A stretch of DNA of 64,000 bases from an uncultured Methanosarcinaceae archaeon (GCA_963733675.1 CAVTET010000005.1:128001-192000); one strand, 5' to 3'. Numbered from the stretch's first letter, positions 12,105-22,444 are shown. The notes: generated by a model from the letters alone, not told the origin. A program made the numbers and translations.

Positions 12105-12959
12105 GGTTCCGTTGCAAAAACTTCAACAAAATATGTAAATCTATAAGTGATTAATAAAAATCAAAACATTCAAGGAAAATGTACTAACATTACAAAACTA
12201 TACCAAATAATTGATTAATGTATTTGACTTCATTAAGAACAGAGTAATTTAGATCGATTACTTGTCCTTTTTTGATCATATTCATAGCTTCAATTCCTTT
12301 TAAGGTTTTATTAGCAGATAGAAAAGACTGAAATCCTAACATTGGATTAACGATTTGCTTTAGAGATCTGTGATCTTGTTCTATAATGTTATTCAAATAC
12401 TTGATTTGTCGAATGCCTACGTTTTTAGGTAGTATTTTATCATTTTTCAGTTCATCTATAGCAGGTGGATAAGCTGGATTCTTATCAACTGTTATTACCT
12501 TCGGAATTTGATTATGATTAGAACTTAAAGCTTTCTTAAAGAATCTCTTCGCTGCCTTTCTATCTCGTTTTGAACTTAACATGAAATCAATTGTATCTCC
12601 ATTTGAGTCAACTGTTCGGTAAAAATATTTCCATTTACCTTTTACTTTGATATAGGTTTCATCAACTCTCCACGAATCATTTGTTGGTCTTAAATGCTTT
12701 ATGATCTTCTTTTAGATTTCAGGGGAATATTGATGCACCCATCTCATTCTAGTACTGTGATCAACTTGAATTCCCCTTTCTGCCATCATTTCCTTTAAAT
12801 TTCTATAACTTAATGCATATTTTAAGTACCATCTTACATTCAATAAGATAATTTCCCCTTCATAATGCTTCCATTTAAAGGAATTAGATAGCATGTTACT
12901 ATCTTTGGTTTTCTTTTTATTCTATTGTACCATTAGAAAGGATTTTTTGCAACGGAACC
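12105..12959 (-). mobile_element. IS6-family element, inverted near-copy of 4961-5815; transposase interrupted by TAA at 12712
   Basis: Same terminal inverted repeats and same 855-bp length. ORFs 12712-12894 and 12190-12582 are in-frame pieces. Confidence 0.95.
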
Positions 12960-13226
12960 ACAAAAAGAACTGCCATAGAAATAGCCAGTACCTTTTTAAT
13001 TCGAATAGAAGATTGATTCAACATTTATTTCACCTAATTTATTTTTCCATCATTTTTTTACTCAAATTTATCTGTTATATAAAAATCGATATTAACCAAC
13101 TGATTTTTTGTAGGTTGAATAGTTACATCTTTTATTTTATGTTCTAGTATACTTTATCTGATTAAATCACATGCGATATAATGCGTGTTTTATTCATGAC
13201 ATTATTTTAGAAACATTCTAAATTTT

Positions 13227-14165
13227 TTATAATATATTTACTGATATCGGCAAATTTGCAACAAAGTTTGCATCTTTCATACCTTTCCTGACAGATTGCA
13301 CTACAGCCGGTTTCACTCCCGCTCTTCTGGCAATATCGTCATCTTTTAAGCCGCTCTTCCTGATGCCACAGAGGATGTCGTCCAACTTTAGATAAGATAA
13401 ACCAATTAACTTTTCGTTAGGCATGCTGTCCCCAAACAGGTCAGCAGAAGATGTCTTGTTTACGATGTGATCAGGTACCCCAATGTGCTTTGCCAGTTGT
13501 TTTATCTGTGTTTTGTATAGGTGCGACATGATAGAAATGTCACAGGCACCATCGCCATACCGGTCGTACACTCCCATAGTTAACTCGGAATTGTCATCGG
13601 TGCCCACTAAAAGACAATTTTTGAGAGTGGCATGGAAATACAATACCGTCATCCTTATGTGTAATTTTGCTCCCCCCACAGCCATAAAGTCCCTGACAGC
13701 TGGGGAACATGCACCGACAGTCGCCGTTTGGCTGAAATGCTCAGGCACCTTCTCACTGACTACGGTAACATTTTTACTTTTAAGGGTCTCCTCTATGAAC
13801 TTCCTGTCAGATGCCTTTTCGTGGGAAACGATGTCATACGCGCCCAGCTCTTTTAGAAACGGTGAGATAACGATTTTCTCATGGGGTATTCCAAGGCTCT
13901 TAGCCAAGTTCATACCATCATCGGTGTTCTGTGGCTTAGTGTCTCTATCGGGCAGTATAAGACCGTAAACCTTATCCTTGCCTAGTGCTTCAACACACAG
14001 GTATGCAACCGTCGATGAATCCAGTCCACCAGAAAGGCCGACCACTACACCATCTTTCCTAAAATTGTTTATCTGATTCCTAACAAATTCAACTATTTCT
14101 TTCCGGGCTTGTTCCGCGTCAAATTCCAGATATTCCGGAAAGCCTAATTTTTCTGTTTCTGTCAT
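13227..14165 (-). CDS. nadE: NH3-dependent NAD+ synthetase-like protein (no glutaminase domain), divergent
   Basis: GVVVGLSGGLDSS PP-loop, RM.VLY, YGDGACDI, LYKTQI..LA..IGVP..IV.K.SSADL. Confidence 0.85.
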   Translation of the reverse strand: MTETEKLGFPEYLEFDAEQARKEIVEFVRNQINNFRKDGVVVGLSGGLDSSTVAYLCVEALGKDKVYGLILPDRDTKPQNTDDGMNLAKSLGIPHEKIVISPFLKELGAYDIVSHEKASDRKFIEETLKSKNVTVVSEKVPEHFSQTATVGACSPAVRDFMAVGGAKLHIRMTVLYFHATLKNCLLVGTDDNSELTMGVYDRYGDGACDISIMSHLYKTQIKQLAKHIGVPDHIVNKTSSADLFGDSMPNEKLIGLSYLKLDDILCGIRKSGLKDDDIARRAGVKPAVVQSVRKGMKDANFVANLPISVNIL

Positions 14166-14284
14166 AAAACCATCTCCATATAGCTTCAATTTCCTCGCAC
14201 ATTGTATCTACAGCAGGACTCACGCACTTGGATATAAAATCAACATCAAAAGGCCAATAACTTTTTAATCCTGCTATAGATATA

Positions 14285-14465
14285 AATAAAACAGAAAAAT
14301 ATTTAAATCTGTTGTTACTATTGTGGTAACATGTATCAACAAATAAATCTTCAGTTAATTCGTAATCTTGAAAAGCTCGGGCTAACCGAAAATGAAGCAA
14401 AGGCATATGCAGGACTTGTGAGTTTGAGAGAAGCTACAGCTCGTGAAATTCATGAACTTACAAAT
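14285..14465 (+). repeat. 181-bp inverted copy of 15771-15951 (trmB promoter plus first 45 codons)
   Basis: Manual alignment to the reverse complement shows one mismatch. It encodes the stub MYQQINLQ...EIHELTNMLVAIID*. Confidence 0.92.
14313..14331. promoter_or_regulatory. Palindromic operator TGTTAC-N7-GTAACA between TATA (TTTAAA ~14302) and ATG; second copy at 15905-15923
   Basis: Perfect 6-bp arms overlapping the trmB start codon. The operator function is inferred. Confidence 0.55.
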
Positions 14466-14917
14466 ATGTTAGTGGCAATAATAGATTAGATAACGTTTTT
14501 CAAATTTACAGCAAATTCACAAAACTGTCATTCATGGTCGTGTACCAAAAGTTCAGTAAAATCTTAATTGACTCTTTATTTTTCTTTTTCACCATAAAAC
14601 AAAATTTACTATCCATACCTAATGAATAAATTATACTAAAAATAATGTATTTTTGAGTTTTGAGCCTTATATTTACTCAAAAAGTGAAGCTAAAACCACT
14701 AAATATAAAGTTTTAATGTAAACTTATATATTTTAGCAAAATATTCTGCAGGGCTTAGTAAGCATTAAGACTCCAAGACAAAAGAAAACTGGATAAAGAT
14801 ATCGATAGGAGGAATTACAGGACACTGGAAGATCCTGTAAAAAGCTTGATATTATTCTTTATTATAGACATTGTAATTGATTCTATATCCAAAATGTGCT
14901 TTTTTTGCACTCTTTTG

Positions 14918-15079
14918 GGCTCTGTTGCAAAAATAATGTTTATGACATTTGCTACCATAATTCTTACTATTATATCGCATTTTTCCGGTTATTAGAGCGA
15001 TTAGTTTTTCCTTATTGTGAATGTTTACACTGATTTTGTAATAGAGCAAGATCTTCTCATAATTTTTCGCAATGGAACT
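14918..15079. mobile_element. IS6-derived non-autonomous mini element (~160 bp)
   Basis: Ends GGCTCTGTTGCAAAAA and TTTTTCGCAATGGAACT resemble the IS6 terminal repeats. No transposase inside. Confidence 0.55.
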
Positions 15080-15134
15080 CTCATATAAGCATTATATATT
15101 TTGAGAAATTTAGGTAATTCCAACAAATAGGCTG

Positions 15135-15905
15135 TCAATTGTCTTCCATGATATAACTTGGCACAATTAGTCTTTCATATATAGCTTTTTGCAAATAAGC
15201 AATAATCGGCAAGTTAATTATCAAGCCTTCTCTTCGGTTTCCTGCTCTGTAAACTGTTATTGATACCTTTCCATCGGCAATCATAAAAAATTCTTCTTTA
15301 TACTGAACGCCTTCAATTGCAATTTTATTCATAAAACTTGTAAACTTTTTTGAAGTTTCTCTAAAATTAAGAGATATTGATGTGAACTTATCCAGTTTAT
15401 CAACGATAAGCTTTACACTACAAATTTTTTCCAATTTTTTTATCTCGGGCTCAAACTCCTGTAGAAATTCTGGATTGGTAGAATAGATAATCAACTCTTC
15501 CCTAATTCCGTCCATAATTTCACGTATACGGGTCTTCATTACACGGTCACTCTGAATATACCAAACCGGAGAACTTTTAGGGAGTTCATAGCTTAGTTCA
15601 TTGAGCTGGTTAAGTGTATCGATTGAGCAGTTTAAAAAATCGTCTCTTATTTCTTCGATTACCCCCTTAGGATCAACTGCTCGGAAATATGTTGGAGATC
15701 CCTGCCTCACTTCCAGATAGCCTTTTTTCGCAAGCGTGTTAAGGATCTCATAGATTTTGGCTCTCGGCACATTTGTAATTTCATGAATTTCACGAGCTGT
15801 AGCTTCTCTCAAACTCACAAGTCCTGCATATGCCTTTGCTTCATTTTCGGTTAGCCCGAGCTTTTCAAGATTACGAATTAACTGAAGATTTATTTGTTGA
15901 TACAT
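15135..15905 (-). CDS. TrmB-family transcriptional regulator
   Basis: LEKLGLTENEAKAY...TAREI...VPRAKIYEIL..L.KKG winged helix-turn-helix. Confidence 0.92.
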   Translation of the reverse strand: MYQQINLQLIRNLEKLGLTENEAKAYAGLVSLREATAREIHEITNVPRAKIYEILNTLAKKGYLEVRQGSPTYFRAVDPKGVIEEIRDDFLNCSIDTLNQLNELSYELPKSSPVWYIQSDRVMKTRIREIMDGIREELIIYSTNPEFLQEFEPEIKKLEKICSVKLIVDKLDKFTSISLNFRETSKKFTSFMNKIAIEGVQYKEEFFMIADGKVSITVYRAGNRREGLIINLPIIAYLQKAIYERLIVPSYIMEDN

Positions 15906-16007
15906 GTTACCACAATAGTAACAACAGATTTAAATATTTTTCTGTTTTATTGTCTGTATCCTAAAAGTTCAAACTAATTATGTAGGACACCTATAGTGGT
16001 GATTTCT

Positions 16008-16358
16008 TTGAAATATATAATCGCAGTTATAAGACCCGAGAAGCTTGATACAGTCAAAAAAAAGCTTCAGGAAGTTGAAGTAGATGGACTTACAGTGTCA
16101 TCTGTTTCAGGCTACGGTTCCCAGAGAGGATATTTGGAATTTGATAGAAATAAAGCTCAAAATTACGAAGCACACCTGCTTGAAATGATCAAACTTGAAA
16201 TTGCAGTTAATGATTTTCGTCTTCAAATGACGAATGACGCAATCAAGAGCGGAGCTAAAGACGAAGAAGGCTATGTTGGGAGCGGAAAAATATTCATATT
16301 GCCTTTAGAGAATGCAATCAGAATTCGCACTAATGAAAACAGATACGATGCTATTTGA
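16008..16358 (+). CDS. glnK: P-II nitrogen regulatory protein, Methanosarcina GlnK1-like
   Basis: KYIIAVIRPEKLD.VK, VSGYGSQRG, GSGKIFILPLENAIRIRT. TTG start follows GGTGA. Confidence 0.9.
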   Translation: MKYIIAVIRPEKLDTVKKKLQEVEVDGLTVSSVSGYGSQRGYLEFDRNKAQNYEAHLLEMIKLEIAVNDFRLQMTNDAIKSGAKDEEGYVGSGKIFILPLENAIRIRTNENRYDAI

Positions 16359-16371
16359 GTGGTGATCGAAA

Positions 16372-16402
16372 ATGACTATTGTAGCTGCAGATACTGCATG
16401 GG
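16372..16402 (+). pseudogene. amtB: Ammonium transporter amtB 5' stub, cut by IS6
   Basis: MTIVAADTAW directly after glnK, with a GGTGA RBS. DTAW is the typical Amt N-terminal motif. Confidence 0.65.
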
Positions 16403-17269
16403 GGTTCCGTTGCAAAAATTCATAATAAGGATTCAATTGAATAAAGGGAAAATCAATAGAACGATAATATGCTATCTAATTCCTTTAAGTGGAAACATTA
16501 CGAAGGAGAAATTGTCCTATTAAACGTAAGGTGGTAACTAAAATATCCCATTAGCTATCGCAATTTAAAGGAAATGATGATAGAAAGAGGAGTACAAGTT
16601 GATCATACTACTCTAATGAGATGGGTGCATCAATATTCTCCTGAGATCGAAAAGAAGGTACGTAGATACTTAAAACCAACCACTGACACTTGGAGAATGG
16701 ACGAAACCTACATCAAGGTAAAGGGTGAATGGAAATATCTTTACAGAGCAGTTGATTCAACTGGAAGCACAGTTGATTTCATGTTAAGTGCAAAGCGTGA
16801 TAGAAGTGATGCGAAATGTTTTTTTAAGAAAGCTTTGAGTTCTAATCATAATCGAATTCCAAAGGTAATAACTGTAGATAAAAATCCAACTTATCCACCT
16901 GCTATAAGTGAACTCAAAAATGACGAAGTATTACCTAAAAACGTAAACCTTCGGCAAATCAAGTATTTGAATAATGTTGTTGAACAGGATCGTAGATCTA
17001 TAAAACGAATAATTCGTCCAATGTTAGGCTTTCAGTCTTTTTGTACAGCTATCAAGACTTTAAAAGAAATTGAAATCATGCATATGATAAGAAAAGGACA
17101 GATTGATGCTCTAAATCGATGTGTTCTTTCTGAAGTAAATTTTATAAATAAGTTATTTGGAATAACTGCCTAAATCTAAATGTTATCTGAGAAATATTTT
17201 GCATCTTTATGTTTTTTGCTGTGAAACTAAAATTTTTACTTAAATAATAGGATTTTTTGCAACGGAGCC
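16403..17269 (+). mobile_element. IS6-family element (diverged subfamily); transposase 16469-17173 has an early TAA
   Basis: Terminal repeats GGTTCCGTTGCAAAAA and TTTTTGCAACGGAGCC; WRMDETYIKVKG motif. Confidence 0.92.
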
Positions 17270-17523
17270 TGCCTAAATATAGTTAAGACCATGTAGATTA
17301 CTACTTCCAGAGCTATGCTATAAGAAAGATATGTACTCTGGAAAATCTAATCCGTATTTTGGGAGAAAAATTCAAGATGCTCATGATTTTCCTCGATGTA
17401 TTAATAGGAATCACTGCGTCAGAAGTGATCTTTGTATTCACTGATTAAATCTATCATATACTCTGAGAAAAATTTAGCTTGTACATGGATTTTTTTATTG
17501 CAACTGCTTACAGTTCTATTTCA

Positions 17524-19455
17524 TTATACGCGTTCAAGTGCAAGAGCCCCAAGAAATGCCATCGTTTCAAATATCTCTTTGTTCTCTGGAGTTAGAGCTC
17601 TCTCAGGTTGTTCAAAGGCAAATGCCATGAGGCCCAAAATCATTCTGTGAGTTTTTAGTGGAATATAATACCCTCTTCCTGCAGGAAGATTATTTGTTCC
17701 GTAGCCAGCTGCCTGACCGTTATCATAAGCCCATCGAGCAATGTTACTCTCTTTATCTTTGAGGGGGTAGTCAGCATCACCTTCTTAGATTTGAAGCCCG
17801 GAGGAGCTAGATGTAAGTATTGCAAAGGCACCTGGAGCAAAGTTATGCATTTGATCGGAGAGAATTTTTAAAACCTTTTGCCTTGTTTTTGCTTTCACAA
17901 GTTCACGAGAAAGACCTGCTGTTGCTTCCACTTGAGCTTCGCTCTGCCATATCTGAGGCAAAAGATGTCGCAGCCGAGTTGCAAGGCTGCTGATTATAAG
18001 AGCAATAGTGACATATCCTACAAAAGCGATGAAGTATTGCAAGTCTTCGATACCAATTGAATAGTAAGGCTTGACAAAGAAAAAATCAAAGAGTAAAATA
18101 CTCACAAATGCTGCAAACATAGCCACTCTGCGTCTGAAAAAGAACGCAGATACAAGGACTGGTAAGAGCTGAATAATCAGTAGGTTCGTAGGTCCTATAT
18201 GATCTCTGAGAATTAAATTAAAGCTCACTACGGCTGTGATCAGGATGAGACTAATTGCATATTCAGCTGTAAAAAATAGTGGAATTTGTCGCTGAAAAGG
18301 TATATGCAAGCTGTTCCCTTTGGGTTCATAAAGATGGATATCAATACCAGGCGAATTTCTTATGATCCTATATACCGGAGAAAAGAACACATCTATACCA
18401 TGGGGTTTTCCAAGCATAATCATGTTGACATTGCTCCGCCGAGCATAGCGTATAATCTCATCAGCAATATCATTTCCACGGTAACGAACTATACGGCCAC
18501 CCAGCCTTCGACACGTCTCTAGAGCTTGATTGAGCCATACACGTTCCATCGAAGATAAAGCCCTATCGTTGCCAATATCTACTGAAAGTACAATAAAATC
18601 AGCATCGAATCTGGTTGCAAGTCTATATGCTGCCCTTATCATGGCTTCAGCTGTGGGGCCGGGCCGAATACAGACCAGAAACCGTTCTACTGCAGGCCAT
18701 GGGCCCTGGATAGCTCGGCTCCTCATATAACCGATCATCATCTGGTCAGTATACACTGCCATATATCGCAGTGCAAGTTGCCTTAGTGCAAGGAGATTTC
18801 CGGTTCTGAAAAAACTCTGAACAGCAGCCTCAGCCATATTTTCTACATAGACTTTCCCGGCTTTGAGACGAATATTTAGCTCTTCTGGCGTGATATCAAT
18901 TAACCGAATCTCATCGGCATTGGAAAAGAAAGCATCCGGTACAATTTCAGAAACTCGGATTTCAATGATTTGGGCAACGGCGTCGTTTTGGCTCTCAATA
19001 TGCTGAATATTGACGGTAGTATATACTGATATTCCTGCTTGCAGGATCTCTTCGACATCTTGGTATCGCTTCACATGTCTGCTGCCTGGAGGATTGGTAT
19101 GAGCTAACTCGTCTACCAGGACTATTTGAGGGTGACGTCGGATAATTTCATCGAGATTCATCTCCTTCAGAGGGAGGCCATGATGTTCGATGGAGACTGT
19201 TGGAATAGCCTCTAAATTATTAACCAGTAAATTTGTCTCAGGCCGATCATGGATCTCAATATAGCCGATTACAACATCTTTCCCTTCCCTTAGCCGCTGA
19301 AGTGCATCTTGGAGCATTGAGTATGTCTTCCCAACACCTGCGGAATAGCCTAAGTAAACTGTCAACCTTCCTTCATGCACTTTTTTTTCATCACGGTGAG
19401 CGATACGGAGCAAATCTTCAGCTAGTGGTCTTCCTTCTTCTTCACGATGATCCAT
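17524..19455 (-). pseudogene. kdpD: KdpD-like sensor (KdpD N-domain, Usp, 4-TM, GAF; no HisKA/HATPase) with in-frame TAA at 17785
   Basis: GRLTVYLGYSAGVGKT, LVDELAHTN, KRYQDVEE. The frame continues past the TAA through the GAF domain (WAYDNGQAAGYGT.NLP) to ALERV*. Confidence 0.88.
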
Positions 19456-19521
19456 TAGCATAATTCCTCTAGGTGTGACCCTTCTTCATCAAGCGCTCGG
19501 TTGAGCGAAAGAGCATTTAAA
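19455..19521 (-). pseudogene. kdpC: kdpC 3' remnant
   Basis: LNALSLNRALD resembles the KdpC C-terminal VNVL.LN.ALD. Its stop overlaps the kdpD start (TAATG). Confidence 0.6.
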
Positions 19522-20581
19522 TAAAGAAGGTGATAATTTAAAAATCCATCTCACCCTTTGATGAATAAGATTGGCAAATAGGCAAATAAATTATACATCT
19601 GTGTGAATCCTTGAGATATCGGATGAACTTTCAATGGGAATGAAGAAGTAGACTCATTAATTCAAAAATCAAGTTAAAGACTAGATTTTGAACAAATTGA
19701 AGAATTGAACGGAAGATTCATTTTGTAGTCATGACAGAAATTGAAGAAAATCAGCCTTCTCTAAACCTTCAAAAAGAAGGAAAAAAACGGTGCAAACCCA
19801 AAAACACTACCATTATGCTTACTACAGAAGTATCTTCACCAATTTCAAAGGATATGAATCTGAAATAAGTGATTCTATCATTTGTATAAAGGAAATTTTT
19901 CCGGATGATTCATACAAAAAAAATTTGAGATATTATTTTAATAGGCACAATGATTTCCACGCCGTATTTCCATTTTATAGTACAAATGTAGTTTGAAATA
20001 AAATTAAGTTAGTTAATAAAAGTTCTAGGGCCATTTTTTAGCCTCGTAGAAAGTAAGCTATTCAACTCAAATAAAGGATATTAAGATACAAAACTAAACG
20101 CTGTCAGGATGATAAAAGCTACAAGAGAAAAAAAGCACTATGGTGTAATTAAGAGTAGAGGATCAGTAGAGACCTACCCTAAAAATAATTGGCACAACAA
20201 AACAAGAAAGAGAATAGTAAATGACACCCTATCAAATGTTTATGTGGTCTAGAACCATCTTTAGAGGATTGTAACTAAATCTCCGATTTCAAAAGATTTT
20301 ATATATAAACTTATAAATAACAAGCCAAAAATGAGGGTTTATCCAAATGTTCTATATATACCTATTTTGTGATCTAATTTGAAAAAGCAACATGATAAAC
20401 CTCATAAGTTCGTTCTTTTTGGGCAAAAGAGGAAGTTACAGCCTCATTTTCTGCAAAAAAATAACTGAATTTTCAAAATGATAGAGATATTACAATCTAC
20501 TCTATTCAAAAACTTATAACTGGAAATGAGGTTGATTAGTACATCTGAAATATAATATCGGGTGAAAATTATTTTATTAAG

Positions 20582-20890
20582 ATGATACAGGTATAATATC
20601 AGTAGAGAATAATGGATACTACAAAAAAGCTTTTTGATAGGAATATTTCATTCCTATGAGCATTATTGAGATAACTGAAAGAGGCAAACAGAAAGAGTCC
20701 TCTTCGAACACAAAGGAACAAAAGTAGAGTGATAATCAACTAAAGATTATACTCGAGATGGTGGTGAAAGACCAAGATGTGGATATGAAAATCTCAATTA
20801 TCAGAGTTACTAGTAGGACAATTAGATAATGTGGACATATTTATCCTGCCGATCGAAACGGTGACACAGGTAAGAAAGGATTAGGTTTGA
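20582..20890 (+). pseudogene. Heavily degraded P-II (GlnB/GlnK) gene
   Basis: Fragments MSIIEITERGKQK, KIILEMVVKDQDVD, IFILPIETVTQVRKG. Confidence 0.6.
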
Positions 20891-21141
20891 AAATAAGTTT
20901 TAGATGAAAATGCCCTATATATAAAGGGTTTTATTTTTTGTAAGCATATCTCAGCCTATGTTCTTCGGTTGAGGTTACTTCCAAAGTATACTTAATGACT
21001 TATTCATGCTGTTTGTTCAAACTTTCAGTATGGATTAATCCTATCTTCTTTAGCACAAAAAAATGTAGGCATTTGTCCCACCAAAAAAATCATTATGAAA
21101 CGTTAACAATTATATGGTTGACAAACTATTCACATGCAACT

Positions 21142-22131
21142 TTACTTGTAATAGTGCTGCATAATATATACGACTAACAAAATTAAAGATATAAGTGTCA
21201 GAAATGCAATGGAAAGTAGAATAGTTCCTATCCATATTTGACGATCAGTTAATACACCAGTTGATTTTGGTTCTGGATCCTTTGGAAATTGCGATAAATC
21301 GATATCTGCAAAATGCTTTAAATCATTCCGGAGTTCACTAGCAGACTGATATCGCTCGTCAGGATTCCGGCGTATTGACTTAAATATTATAGCTTCAATT
21401 TCAGGGGGAATTGATGATTGAAGCTTACGAGGCGATATAGGAATTGCCGTTAGATGTTGGTTCATTACAGAAAGAGCATTGTCTCCATGAAATGGCACCG
21501 TTCCAGTTAGCAGCTCATATAGTATAATTCCAAGTGCATACACATCAGTACGCACATCTCCACGTTTTCCCTGTATTTGCTCAGGTGCCATATAATCAGG
21601 TGTTCCAAAGGTATCTGAACCGAATCTCCATGTTACACGTCGGCTACCTTCAAGTAGAGAACTGCCAAAGTCAATAATATGGAGTCTACCATCCGGTCCG
21701 AGAATTATATTCTCAGGTTTCAAATCACGATGACAAACTCCATGAGCATGAAGATAATAGACTGCTTCAACAAGCTGGTCGGCTATAGAGAGTGCTTCGT
21801 TAATAGGTAATGGAGCATTGTCGCTGATGAAGGCGCGGAGCGATTTACCTTCTATATAGTTTAAAACAAGAAATAGACCATTAGAGCTTTCCACAAGGTT
21901 GATAGCTTTAGGAATCGCAGGATGATTCAACTTTTGTCCAATAGCGTATTCTCGGCGAAATCGCTCGTATGTAACTGGGTCACTAATTAAAGAAAGATCT
22001 GGGAATTTAAGTATAACAGGCTTACCATCTGGGTCGCTGGCCTTGTAGATCTGGCTAAATCCTCCTTTACCGAGACACTCCAATATTTTATATCCGCAGA
22101 CGATTTCGCTTTCTTTAAACATCATAAGCAT
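21142..22131 (-). CDS. Hanks-type (PknB-like) Ser/Thr protein kinase with C-terminal TM helix
   Basis: LGKGGFSQIY, ILK, HRDLKPEN, DFG, GTPDYMAPEQ, DVYALG; hydrophobic C-terminus. Confidence 0.93.
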   Translation of the reverse strand: MLMMFKESEIVCGYKILECLGKGGFSQIYKASDPDGKPVILKFPDLSLISDPVTYERFRREYAIGQKLNHPAIPKAINLVESSNGLFLVLNYIEGKSLRAFISDNAPLPINEALSIADQLVEAVYYLHAHGVCHRDLKPENIILGPDGRLHIIDFGSSLLEGSRRVTWRFGSDTFGTPDYMAPEQIQGKRGDVRTDVYALGIILYELLTGTVPFHGDNALSVMNQHLTAIPISPRKLQSSIPPEIEAIIFKSIRRNPDERYQSASELRNDLKHFADIDLSQFPKDPEPKSTGVLTDRQIWIGTILLSIAFLTLISLILLVVYIMQHYYK

Positions 22132-22444
22132 CTCATTACTCTGTAAACATCCATTGCACAGCAAGCGTAAATTATTTGTTAGCTGATCCAAAATTTAGTT
22201 TCAAAACCAAGTCATTGAAGCAAGCGTAATTTTGCTTTTTAAGATTTAAAATTTTATAATTATAAAACAACGTTATTGTATAAACAATGAAGATAACTAT
22301 AAGTTTTATTCTCAATAACTCTCCTGGGTTACCTGCTCAGATCTTTTTGTAGTCCTCAAAATGAAAATTAACACTTCTAAAACTTAAAAAATGGATTGAT
22401 CGCAAAGTTCAGATAACTATCCACTAAAAACTGTAGTTATTAAA

